This document shows, one piece after another, positions 1 to 8,359 of a stretch of 35,280 nt of DNA. The position numbers were made by a program, and so were the translations under genes. Origin of the DNA: a virus; UHGV virus genome UHGV-0087155; one strand, 5' to 3'. Each line of letters opens with the position of its first letter. Position 1 is the stretch's first letter. The notes beneath the pieces are model-generated. The model did no database searches and was not told the origin of the DNA. It was given only the letters and a program-made list of their open reading frames with translations.

Positions 1-49
1 AGCTACCTTGCGGCGTAGCTGATGGCGTAGCTTGTGAGGATTGCATTTT
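1..49. promoter_or_regulatory. partial early operator/promoter region upstream of ner, with AGCTAC/GTAGCT inverted and direct repeats
   Basis: AGCTAC at 1-6, GTAGCT at 15-20 and again at 27-32 (GGCGTAGCT direct repeat 12-20 and 24-32). Position immediately upstream of ner is where Ner/repressor operators lie in Mu/D108; assignment is inference. Confidence 0.3.
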
Positions 50-268
50 ATGGCGATAAAGAAAAGTAAATGTGAAGACAAAAGCAGATACGACATTGTT
101 GCTGATCTGCGCAAAAGAGGAAAAAGCCTAGCAGCTCTTGGTCGTGAGAACGGTCTCTCTATCTCTACGGTAAAAAATGCCTTGGATAAACCTTACCCTC
201 GGGGTGAAAGAATTATTGCCGATGCATTGGGAGTTGAGCCACGAGACCTCTGGCCTTCGAGGTATTGA
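50..268 (+). CDS. ner: Ner-family DNA-binding regulator (72 aa), D108-like rather than canonical Mu Ner
   Basis: ATG at 50 with GAGGA at 36-40 (the track ORF begins at TTG 41). Small basic HTH protein ending ...LWPSRY as in the Ner/Nlp family; sits directly upstream of transposase A. Confidence 0.85.
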
Positions 269-270
269 AA

Positions 271-2271
271 ATGCAACCACAATGTAATGATTGGTTTTCT
301 GCAAAGAAATTAGAAGGGCTGATAGGTCTTCCAAAATCCTCTAGCGCGATCTCTCGTAAAGCAAGGTTAGAACAGTGGGTGTTTCGACAGATACACGGGG
401 TAAGAGGAGTAGCCTATGAGTTTCATATCTCATCTTTACCAAAGGAAACGCAAGCTGCGTTATTGCTTAGACAAGGAGAGATTGAAACAAGCATGGGCCG
501 TTTTGAAATCGCCCGCCCCACGCTGGAAGCCCACGATTATGATCCCGAGGCGCTGTGGAGCAAATGGGATAACGCCAGCGATTCCCAGCGCAGACTTGCT
601 GAAAAATGGTTGCCTGCGGTTCAGGCCGCAGACGAAATGCTGAACCAGGGGATTTCAACAAAAACGGCTTTTGCGACCGTTGCAGGACATTACCAGGTCA
701 GCGCATCCACTTTGCGTGACAAGTATTACCAGGTACAGAAGTTTGCGAAGCCTGACTGGGCGGCTGCTCTTGTTGATGGACGTGGTGCATCCCGTCGCAA
801 TGTTCACAAAAGTGAATTTGACGAGGATGCCTGGCAGTTTCTGATTGCAGATTATCTGCGACCGGAAAAACCCGCCTTCCGCAAATGTTATGAGCGTCTG
901 GAACTGGCAGCCCGCGAGCATGGCTGGAGTATTCCCTCCCGTGCCACGGCCTTTCGCCGGATTCAGCAACTGGACGAGGCAATGGTTGTTGCCTGTCGTG
1001 AAGGTGAACATGCACTGATGCATCTGATACCGGCACAGCAGCGAACTGTGGAACACCTGGACGCCATGCAGTGGATCAACGGCGACGGTTATCTGCATAA
1101 CGTCTTTGTACGCTGGTTTAACGGTGATGTGATCCGCCCGAAAACATGGTTCTGGCAGGATGTGAAAACCCGAAAAATTCTGGGCTGGCGCTGCGATGTG
1201 AGCGAGAACATTGATTCAATTCGCCTCTCGTTCATGGATGTTGTGACTCGCTACGGTATCCCGGAGGATTTTCACATCACCATTGATAACACCCGTGGTG
1301 CTGCGAATAAATGGCTGACGGGAGGCGCGCCCAATCGCTACCGCTTTAAGGTGAAAGAAGACGATCCAAAGGGATTGTTTTTACTGATGGGTGCGAAAAT
1401 GCACTGGACAAGCGTTGTTGCCGGTAAAGGCTGGGGCCAGGCAAAACCTGTTGAACGTGCTTTCGGTGTTGGTGGGCTTGAGGAATACGTTGATAAGCAT
1501 CCGGCACTGGCTGGCGCATATACGGGGCCAAATCCGCAGGCAAAACCTGATAACTATGGCAACCGCGCTGTTGATGCAGAGCTGTTTCTGAAAACCCTTG
1601 CCGAAGGTGTGGCGATGTTCAATGCCAGAACAGGCCGTGAAACAGAAATGTGCGGGGGCAAACTCTCGTTTGATGATGTTTTCGAGCGTGAATACGCCAG
1701 AACGATTGTGCGTAAGCCAACCGAAGAACAAAAACGGATGCTGTTACTGCCTGCCGAGGCGGTGAACGTTTCACGCAAAGGCGAGTTTACGCTTAAAGTT
1801 GGCGGCTCCCTTAAAGGCGCGAAAAACGTTTATTACAACATGGCATTAATGAATGCCGGCGTGAAAAAAGTTGTGGTCAGGTTTGATCCGCAGCAGCTAC
1901 ACAGCACGGTTTATTGTTACACCCTGGACGGTCGGTTTATCTGTGAAGCGGAATGTCTGGCACCTGTTGCATTTAATGATGCAGCGGCAGGCCGTGAATA
2001 TCGCCGCCGCCAGAAACAACTGAAATCTGCAACTAAAGCAGCCGTTAAGGCTCAGAAACAAATGGATGCACTGGAAGTGGCAGAGCTGCTGCCGCAGATA
2101 GCCGAACCTGAAGCACCAGAATCACGAATTGTCGGCATTTTCCGGCCTTCCGGTAACACGGTGCAGGTGAAATACCAGGAAGCCGATGATGAATATGAAA
2201 CTGATCGTGATGAATATCTGAATCATTCACTGGATATTCTGGAACAGAACAGACGTAAAAAAGCTATTTAA
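271..2271 (+). CDS. A: DDE transposase MuA (666 aa) with divergent D108-type N-terminal enhancer-binding domain
   Basis: From [13 protein letters not shown] onward the protein matches Mu transposase A as I recall it, including the C-terminal ...[13 protein letters not shown]; the first ~60 aa differ. ATG at 271 (track ORF starts at TTG 265, overlapping the ner stop). Confidence 0.95.
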
Positions 2272-2309
2272 TTAACATTTAAACAAAATTTAATTACGAG
2301 GTTATTCAG

Positions 2310-3248
2310 ATGAATATTTCCGATATTCGCGCAGGACTGCGCACGCTTGTAGAAAATGAAGAAACCACCTTTAAACAAATTGCTCTTGAGAGCGGGCTTT
2401 CTACCGGAACTATCAGTAGTTTTATCAATGATAAGTACAACGGGGATAACGAGCGTGTTTCACAAATGCTGCAACGCTGGCTGGAAAAATATCATGCAGT
2501 TGCAGAACTACCTGAACCGCCCCGCTTTGTGGAAACGCAGACGGTAAAACAAATCTGGACAAGTATGCGTTTTGCCAGCCTGACTGAAAGTATTGCTGTT
2601 GTATGTGGCAATCCTGGTGTGGGCAAAACCGAAGCGGCCCGTGAATATCGCCGCACCAATAACAATGTCTGGATGATCACCATTACGCCATCCTGTGCCA
2701 GCGTTCTGGAATGCCTGACTGAACTGGCGTTTGAGCTGGGAATGAATGACGCACCACGCCGTAAAGGGCCGCTCTCCCGCGCCCTGCGACGTCGCCTTGA
2801 AGGTACACAGGGGCTGGTTATCATCGACGAAGCTGATCATCTTGGTGCCGAAGTTCTGGAAGAACTCCGCCTGTTACAGGAATCAACCCGTATTGGCCTT
2901 GTGCTGATGGGAAATCACCGGGTTTATTCAAATATGACGGGGGGTAACAGAACGGTTGAATTTGCCCGTCTGTTTTCCCGTATTGCAAAGCGCACTGCAA
3001 TTAATAAAACCAAAAAAGCCGATGTAAAAGCTATTGCGGATGCCTGGCAGATTAACGGCGAAAAAGAACTGGAGTTATTACAGCAGATTGCGCAGAAACC
3101 AGGTGCGCTTCGCATTCTGAATCATTCACTTCGCCTTGCAGCCATGACGGCTCACGGTAAAGGTGAGCGTGTTAACGAAGATTATCTGCGTCAGGCTTTC
3201 CGTGAATTAGACCTGGACGTTGATATTTCAACGCTGCTGCGTAATTAA
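2310..3248 (+). CDS. B: Mu B transposition protein, ATP-dependent target DNA activator (312 aa)
   Basis: Length and sequence match MuB; Walker A motif GNPGVGKTE present; ATG at 2310 downstream of A. Confidence 0.95.
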   Translation: MNISDIRAGLRTLVENEETTFKQIALESGLSTGTISSFINDKYNGDNERVSQMLQRWLEKYHAVAELPEPPRFVETQTVKQIWTSMRFASLTESIAVVCGNPGVGKTEAAREYRRTNNNVWMITITPSCASVLECLTELAFELGMNDAPRRKGPLSRALRRRLEGTQGLVIIDEADHLGAEVLEELRLLQESTRIGLVLMGNHRVYSNMTGGNRTVEFARLFSRIAKRTAINKTKKADVKAIADAWQINGEKELELLQQIAQKPGALRILNHSLRLAAMTAHGKGERVNEDYLRQAFRELDLDVDISTLLRN

Positions 3249-3263
3249 GAAGGAGAAGAAATT

Positions 3264-3491
3264 ATGATGGCCCGAAATATAAAAATGGCAACGGATGCGC
3301 AGAACTGGTTACAGGCGCGCGGGAGTCATGTAAATGAATCATATCTCGGCGTGGCGCGTCCGATTCTTGAAATCACTTACCCACCGGTGGAACTGGTAAA
3401 AAACGCGGTCAGAATTATGGAGCATAAGTCCGGGGTGGCCCGTTCTGTATGGACGGCCCGTCTTAATGGTTGCCAGATTATCTGGAGATAA
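3264..3491 (+). CDS. kil: Kil-like host cell-division inhibitor (75 aa)
   Basis: First gene after B, as kil is in Mu; AGGAGA RBS at 3251-3256; size matches Mu Kil. Assignment by position and size. Confidence 0.7.
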
Positions 3492-3493
3492 CG

Positions 3494-3739
3494 ATGTGTA
3501 CTAAAGCTGAAAAATACTTTGAATGGGTTAAACGGGTACAGAATAACAATGTGGCTCTGACTGCATTTAATTGCCCCAAATGCAAAGAGCAAATTATGAC
3601 GCAATGCTCACCTGAAAATGAAGTATGGGACTCCTTCGCATGTTGTCCGTGGTGCAATGCGGTTTACTTTAAACAGGTACAAGGTGCGAAGGTAAAAGCC
3701 AGCGTAGTTATTATTCAGAATTCAATAAGCAGGCAATGA
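3494..3739 (+). CDS. early hypothetical protein, zinc-ribbon-like (81 aa)
   Basis: ATG 3494 with GGAGA at 3484-3488 (track ORF starts earlier at 3470); contains CPKC ... CCPWC cysteine pairs. Confidence 0.6.
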   Translation: MCTKAEKYFEWVKRVQNNNVALTAFNCPKCKEQIMTQCSPENEVWDSFACCPWCNAVYFKQVQGAKVKASVVIIQNSISRQ

Positions 3740-4011
3740 AAATGGCAAAAGTAATCTTTGAATTTAACAATACAGAAAATATTGAGTTTCAGGAAAATGG
3801 AGGTTTTGCCGTAAATATGAATGTGCGACTGGAAGAATCCTCACCTGAGGACCAGACCGGGCCACATGACGTAATGGCAGGCATCATCAAGAGCATGGCT
3901 CCTGAAATCATTAAAAAAGCGACCGAGGAGTTGTTGAAATCAGCCAGGGAACTTGGGCTGGAAGCTGAGGGGAAATTATTCAGCTATAACCCGAATACAG
4001 CCAGACATTAA
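3736..4011 (+). CDS. early hypothetical protein (91 aa), acidic
   Basis: ORF in the semi-essential early region; start overlaps the upstream stop; no recognisable motif. Confidence 0.55.
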   Translation: MKMAKVIFEFNNTENIEFQENGGFAVNMNVRLEESSPEDQTGPHDVMAGIIKSMAPEIIKKATEELLKSARELGLEAEGKLFSYNPNTARH

Positions 4012-4031
4012 TTCGCAAAGGAGCGCTGACA

Positions 4032-4451
4032 ATGAACGTCAAAATCCGAAATGAAATTCAGGCATTAATCCGAATTCAGGAACGCAATAACAACGGTGGT
4101 GAATTACGCGAGTTTATTTGCGCCAGGAAAGTTGATGATTGTGGTGAAAAGACGTACCTGATCGCTTTCGACCATTACAGCATCTGTGCGCGTTATTGCG
4201 GCGAAAGCATATCCCGCGCCATTGCATTTGGCGGTGCGTTCAACGTGGATTTATGGGAGTACGTCATGGACCGGGAATACATCTGCGCATCAGACCCTGA
4301 AGCCCGTGAAATGTGGCAGCGTATCTGGCGCGATTACCGGTTAATGGCAAAAGGCTGGGCGCGCTGCTGTTATTCCTCGCTTGCCCTGAAAGCGGTTCAG
4401 TTATCGCTGCGGCATATTCAGGCATCACTGCGCGAGCCTCTGCTGTACTGA
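4032..4451 (+). CDS. early hypothetical protein (139 aa), Cys/His/Trp-rich
   Basis: ATG 4032 preceded by AAAGGAGCG; compact ORF packing typical of the phage early operon. Confidence 0.6.
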   Translation: MNVKIRNEIQALIRIQERNNNGGELREFICARKVDDCGEKTYLIAFDHYSICARYCGESISRAIAFGGAFNVDLWEYVMDREYICASDPEAREMWQRIWRDYRLMAKGWARCCYSSLALKAVQLSLRHIQASLREPLLY

Positions 4452-4751
4452 ATGGTGACTGACATGAAGTGTAATCGTAAGCGCTGGTCACGCGAAGACC
4501 GGGAATTTATCGAAGCCAACGTCGGGAAAATGACCATTGAAGAAATGGCGGAAAAACTGAAAGTCGCCACAACCGCCCTCCGGGCACATGCCAGAAGGCA
4601 CGGAATATCATTGTGTGTATACCGAATCAGTGAACACGACAAATATTTATGTCGTGAACTTTATAAAGAAGGACTGGATATTCATGTCATTGCCCGAAAG
4701 ATGGAATTAAGCAATCGTGCTGTATCCAGCATTGTATACAGCGGATATTAA
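4452..4751 (+). CDS. early hypothetical protein (99 aa), possible HTH
   Basis: ATG 4452 (alternative ATG 4464); segment MTIEEMAEKLKVATTALRAHARRHGI looks helix-turn-helix-like (inference). Confidence 0.55.
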   Translation: MVTDMKCNRKRWSREDREFIEANVGKMTIEEMAEKLKVATTALRAHARRHGISLCVYRISEHDKYLCRELYKEGLDIHVIARKMELSNRAVSSIVYSGY

Positions 4752-4770
4752 TTAACAGGAGCTTTAATTT

Positions 4771-5295
4771 ATGGCTAAACCAGCAAAACGTATCAAAAGT
4801 GCCGCAGCGGCTTATGTGCCACAAAACCGCGATGCGGTGATTACTGATATTAAACGCATCGGGGATTTACAGCGCGAAGCATCACGTCTGGAAACGGAAA
4901 TGAATGATGCCATCGCGGAAATTACGGAGAAATTTGCGGCCCGGATTGCACCGATTAAAACCGATATTGAAACCCTTTCAAAAGGCGTTCAGGGATGGTG
5001 TGAAGCGAACCGCGACGAACTGACGAACGGCGGCAAAGTGAAAACGGCAAATCTTGTCACCGGTGATGTATCGTGGCGGGTCCGTCCACCATCAGTAAGT
5101 ATTCGTGGTATGGATGCAGTGATGGAAACGCTGGAGCGTCTTGGCCTGCAACGCTTTATTCGCACGAAGCAGGAAATCAACAAGGAAGCGATTTTACTGG
5201 AACCGAAAGCGGTCGCAGGTGTTGCCGGAATTACGGTTAAATCGGGAATTGAAGATTTTTCCATTATTCCATTTGAACAGGAAGCCGGTATTTAA
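4771..5295 (+). CDS. gam: Gam, Ku-like dsDNA-end-binding host-nuclease inhibitor (174 aa)
   Basis: Matches Mu Gam in length and sequence as I recall it (MAKPAKRIKSAAAAYVPQNRDAVITDIKRIGDLQRE...); AGGAG RBS at 4757-4761. Confidence 0.95.
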   Translation: MAKPAKRIKSAAAAYVPQNRDAVITDIKRIGDLQREASRLETEMNDAIAEITEKFAARIAPIKTDIETLSKGVQGWCEANRDELTNGGKVKTANLVTGDVSWRVRPPSVSIRGMDAVMETLERLGLQRFIRTKQEINKEAILLEPKAVAGVAGITVKSGIEDFSIIPFEQEAGI

Positions 5296-5337
5296 TACCA
5301 CCATTAATATTTAATTAATTCACATTCTTTTAATTAT

Positions 5338-5367
5338 GGCGCGATGCGTCAGGGGATTGCTCGCGCC
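5338..5367. promoter_or_regulatory. GC-rich stem-loop in the gam-downstream intergenic region
   Basis: GGCGCGA (5338-5344) pairs with TCGCGCC (5361-5367) around a 16-nt loop; no T-tract follows, so not a classical terminator. Confidence 0.3.
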
Positions 5368-5393
5368 TGAAACAGATTACTGAGGAATAAAAC

Positions 5394-5924
5394 ATGGTTG
5401 ATGCAAAAATTCTGAATGGTGTCAGCACATTATTACGGGCTTACGGACGCCTGACCTGCGGAGTTCTGGCTGAAAAAATGAAGATGCCTCCCTCATCAAT
5501 GGTGTATTTCCTGCGTGATGCGGTTGATGCCGGCGTTCTCACCGAATGCAACGGATTTTATGACGTTCCGCGCCCGCGTCCGACGCCGCCTGTAAGACGA
5601 AACGCAACTGAGCAGCCTGCTGTTGATGATGCGGTGTGGTGCAACTGGCGTCGCTCATTACCCTGGGTGGAAGGTAATACCATCCCCGCGCTGGCAAAAG
5701 AGTTTGCGACGGGCGTGCTGACCTGTGAATCCGTTCACATCGTTGCAGAACTGGACAACAGAATGTGCGAACAGGGAATGCCCCGTTTTGTGATGGCTTA
5801 TATCGATATCCGGCTGGGGCGTTTTATTTGCAGTTCAAGCGCCTGGAATATCACCGACCATGTACTGCGTTATCTCATTCTTGATTGTTCTCCGGCTCCC
5901 ACAGCGGTGCAGGAGGTGGCGTGA
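5394..5924 (+). CDS. early hypothetical protein (176 aa), N-terminal winged-helix-like
   Basis: ATG 5394 with GAGGA at 5382-5386; N-terminus ...LLRAYGRLTCGVLAEKMKMPPSSMVYFLRDAVDAGVL resembles a MarR-like wHTH (inference). Confidence 0.6.
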   Translation: MVDAKILNGVSTLLRAYGRLTCGVLAEKMKMPPSSMVYFLRDAVDAGVLTECNGFYDVPRPRPTPPVRRNATEQPAVDDAVWCNWRRSLPWVEGNTIPALAKEFATGVLTCESVHIVAELDNRMCEQGMPRFVMAYIDIRLGRFICSSSAWNITDHVLRYLILDCSPAPTAVQEVA

Positions 5925-6454
5925 TGTTTTTTAAAACGTCAAATCCCGCAGCACTGCTGGCATGGGACCAGTTTATGGCGGACTGCCTGAAACTACGCGA
6001 AGAAGCCCGCCATCTTGATAAGGTTCTGGGTTGTGGTTGCCGGTCAGTATTCAGCACAGGTATTGGTGGGCGTCATTTTCATGGCGTGAATTTTCCGGGG
6101 AATGAGCGACCTTTCTCGCCGGAGTTGTGGACTGTACAACGCTCCGCATCAGGTAACAGTTGCAGGCCAAGAACATCGCGCATTCCTGCACATCTGCGGG
6201 AGCAGTCAAAAGAGCTGGCGAAAATATGGCAGGAGAATATTCCGGTCACTTATGCCCGTACTGACGCTCTCTTACCCGCACTGGGACTGGATTTCAGCGC
6301 AACAATATTCGGCCCGCTCCGGTGGTTCCGTGTTGGTGATGTGATTTACGTCATGACAGGGATGACTCCCGCACAGGGCCGCATGACTGAAATCCTTTCT
6401 GACGAATTTATCCGGGCGCAAAAACAGGCGGAGGTAAACAATGGAAAACAATGA
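5924..6454 (+). CDS. early hypothetical protein (176 aa)
   Basis: ATG 5924 overlaps the upstream stop (TGATG) and follows AGGAGGTGG at 5911-5919; the track ORF begins earlier at 5885. Middle part is low-complexity (R/S/P-rich). Confidence 0.5.
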   Translation: MFFKTSNPAALLAWDQFMADCLKLREEARHLDKVLGCGCRSVFSTGIGGRHFHGVNFPGNERPFSPELWTVQRSASGNSCRPRTSRIPAHLREQSKELAKIWQENIPVTYARTDALLPALGLDFSATIFGPLRWFRVGDVIYVMTGMTPAQGRMTEILSDEFIRAQKQAEVNNGKQ

Positions 6455-6623
6455 AACATCGTATTCGTGGCTGGGGAAATTTACCACGGTGAAACAGGAA
6501 TGCCCGACCTGCGGTAATGAATCCCCTGAATATCTGAAAGAGTGCCCTCATTGTGGCGGGCAGAAATGCAACCACTGCGATATGGGCGACGACACGGCGT
6601 GCATGAATTGTGAAGGTGAGTGA
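6441..6623 (+). CDS. small Cys-rich protein with four CxxC pairs (60 aa)
   Basis: GGAGGT RBS at 6429-6434; motifs CPTC, CPHC, CNHC, CMNC. Confidence 0.6.
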   Translation: MENNETSYSWLGKFTTVKQECPTCGNESPEYLKECPHCGGQKCNHCDMGDDTACMNCEGE

Positions 6624-6624
6624 T

Positions 6625-6936
6625 ATGAATAATGGTGTATTTTCAAAATCAGAAGAGCTTGCCGCCCTGCTGATTGCCGGTGGTTTGCCGAAAAAAGAAG
6701 TGCATGACTTTGTGAATTTTGTATATGAGCCGTCTCATGAAAAAGCTATTGATGAAGTCATGGCGTACCGGTTTGGCATTATTGCTGAGTCACTGAGTCC
6801 TCACTGGATTATTGAAAATCTCCGCACTATTGCTGATGGTAACGATAAAGTGGCGGCTGTCGCCGCCCTTGATGTGCTGCAACGTATGAACCGGGAACTA
6901 TTCAATCCCGAGTTTCTTTTTAAGAAACGAGGTTAA
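6625..6936 (+). CDS. early hypothetical protein (103 aa)
   Basis: ATG 6625 after GAAGGTGAG (track ORF starts at GTG 6610); stop TAA at 6934-6936. Confidence 0.55.
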   Translation: MNNGVFSKSEELAALLIAGGLPKKEVHDFVNFVYEPSHEKAIDEVMAYRFGIIAESLSPHWIIENLRTIADGNDKVAAVAALDVLQRMNRELFNPEFLFKKRG

Positions 6937-7314
6937 CCACTGTTTGCCGACGTCTGTTACGAGCGTCATCGGGGCGTCGGCAAGGTCCTGTTTTATGCGC
7001 TCAAGAATGGGTTTTTGATGTAGTGCTTTCGCAAAATCATGACCATCTTGTGTAAGTCTGACACTGGTGCCTGAATATGAATATCCGAGGCTTGTTGGGG
7101 TGAGACCAATGCTTTTTGCGGTGCCTGTTTCCAGATATCTGTTGCTGATAAAACCATTTTCAACCAGCAACAGAAGATGGAAAACCAGCTTCTGATGGCT
7201 GTCGCTGTGCCGCTGAGAACGATCCCAGCCGACATCTTCCAGTCGAATGAATGCGGTGTCGGCCTCCAGAAAAACATCAAATATTCTGGCTATCTCGTCA
7301 TAATCAATTTTCAT
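6898..7314 (-). CDS. hypothetical protein (138 aa) encoded antisense to the early operon
   Basis: ATG at minus 7314 with AAGGA 7 nt upstream; it is the only sizeable ORF in 6937-7344; its 3' end overlaps the converging plus gene by 39 bp. N-terminus (MKIDYDEIARIFDVFLEAD...) is reminiscent of small DUF2513-type phage proteins; this is from memory, not verified. Confidence 0.5.
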   Translation of the reverse strand: MKIDYDEIARIFDVFLEADTAFIRLEDVGWDRSQRHSDSHQKLVFHLLLLVENGFISNRYLETGTAKSIGLTPTSLGYSYSGTSVRLTQDGHDFAKALHQKPILERIKQDLADAPMTLVTDVGKQWLTSFLKKKLGIE

Positions 7315-7344
7315 ATCTCATTCCTTAATATGAGAGGTGAGCAA

Positions 7345-7896
7345 ATGAATCGCACATCGCTTATTAAATTAATCCATGTCGCCCGTCGGGAGCTACAACT
7401 CGACGATGACACTTACCGCGCCTTTCTGATGCAGAAAACGGGCAAAACCAGTTGCCGCGAGCTGACGGTTACGCAACTGGAACAGACGCTCGATGCAATG
7501 AAAGAACGCGGCTTTAAGAAGCTGAATAAACATCCACGTCGCCGCTTTAAGGAACATGTCACGCCCCGCGAGAAGGTGTACAAAGTCTGGCAGCAGATGG
7601 CAGAAGACGGTTTTATTACCGATGGCGGTGATGTGGCGCTGGATAAATATGTTCAGCGCCTGACGGCGAAACGTAATGGCGGACAGGGTGTTTCCACACT
7701 GGCTTGGTGCCACGGAGAATCGTTGCAGGTTGTGCTTGAAACCCTGAAGCAGTGGCACATCCGCTGTATTCGTGAAGCTTTTTCCCGTCACGGGCTTCCG
7801 TTGCCGGTCAGTCCGTCCGGGCGTGAACTGCGCGGCTATGACGCCATGACGGCGGCTTATGTCCATGCCAGAAAGACGCGGAGGATGGCACAATGA
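7345..7896 (+). CDS. gemA: GemA, gene-expression modulator (183 aa)
   Basis: Matches Mu GemA from MNRTSLIKLIHVARRELQLDDDTYRAFL...; ATG 7345 with GAGAGGTGAG RBS. The track ORF extends upstream to 7177 but that extension has no RBS. Confidence 0.85.
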   Translation: MNRTSLIKLIHVARRELQLDDDTYRAFLMQKTGKTSCRELTVTQLEQTLDAMKERGFKKLNKHPRRRFKEHVTPREKVYKVWQQMAEDGFITDGGDVALDKYVQRLTAKRNGGQGVSTLAWCHGESLQVVLETLKQWHIRCIREAFSRHGLPLPVSPSGRELRGYDAMTAAYVHARKTRRMAQ

Positions 7897-8282
7897 CGGA
7901 AGATTTATTTGGTGATTTGCAGGATGACACCATCCTGGCACATCTTGACAATCCCGCAGAGGATACGTCACGCTTTCCGGCACTGCTGGCGGAGCTGAAC
8001 GATTTACTACGCGGGGAATTGTCCCGGCTGGGTGTTGATCCTGCCCATTCACTGGAGATTGTTGTGGCTATCTGTAAGCATCTGGGCGGCGGTCAGGTCT
8101 ACATTCCGCGCGGTCAGGTTCTGGACTCGCTGATTCGGGATTTGCGTATCTGGAATGATTTTAACGGTCGCAACGTCAGCGAACTGACCACCCGTTATGG
8201 TGTCACTTTCAATACGGTTTACAAGGCCATTCGCCGGATGCGACGGCTGAAATACCGCCAGTACCAGCCTTCACTTCTGTAA
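7893..8282 (+). CDS. mor: Mor, middle operon regulator (129 aa)
   Basis: Matches Mu Mor in length and sequence; start overlaps the gemA stop; last gene before the early terminator. Confidence 0.9.
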   Translation: MTEDLFGDLQDDTILAHLDNPAEDTSRFPALLAELNDLLRGELSRLGVDPAHSLEIVVAICKHLGGGQVYIPRGQVLDSLIRDLRIWNDFNGRNVSELTTRYGVTFNTVYKAIRRMRRLKYRQYQPSLL

Positions 8283-8287
8283 ACAGT

Positions 8288-8312
8288 AAAGCCGGTTAAT
8301 CCGGCTTTTTTT
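8288..8312 (+). terminator. rho-independent terminator ending the early operon
   Basis: Stem AGCCGG (8290-8295), loop TTAAT, CCGGCT (8301-8306), followed by six T (8307-8312), just after the mor stop. Confidence 0.7.
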
Positions 8313-8359
8313 ACGTCCTCAATATCCTGTGATGAATAACCGTACCGGGGGAACTCATC

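Noticed and set aside
655-1098. Minus-strand ORFs of 147 and 112 aa inside the transposase A gene
   Set aside because: Fully antisense to a confidently identified long gene, no ribosome-binding site, and composition typical of chance ORFs opposite GC-rich coding sequence.
7177-7344. N-terminal extension of gemA to a 239-aa ORF starting at ATG 7177
   Set aside because: No Shine-Dalgarno before 7177, whereas ATG 7345 has GAGAGGTGAG and gives the expected GemA N-terminus MNRTSLIKL.
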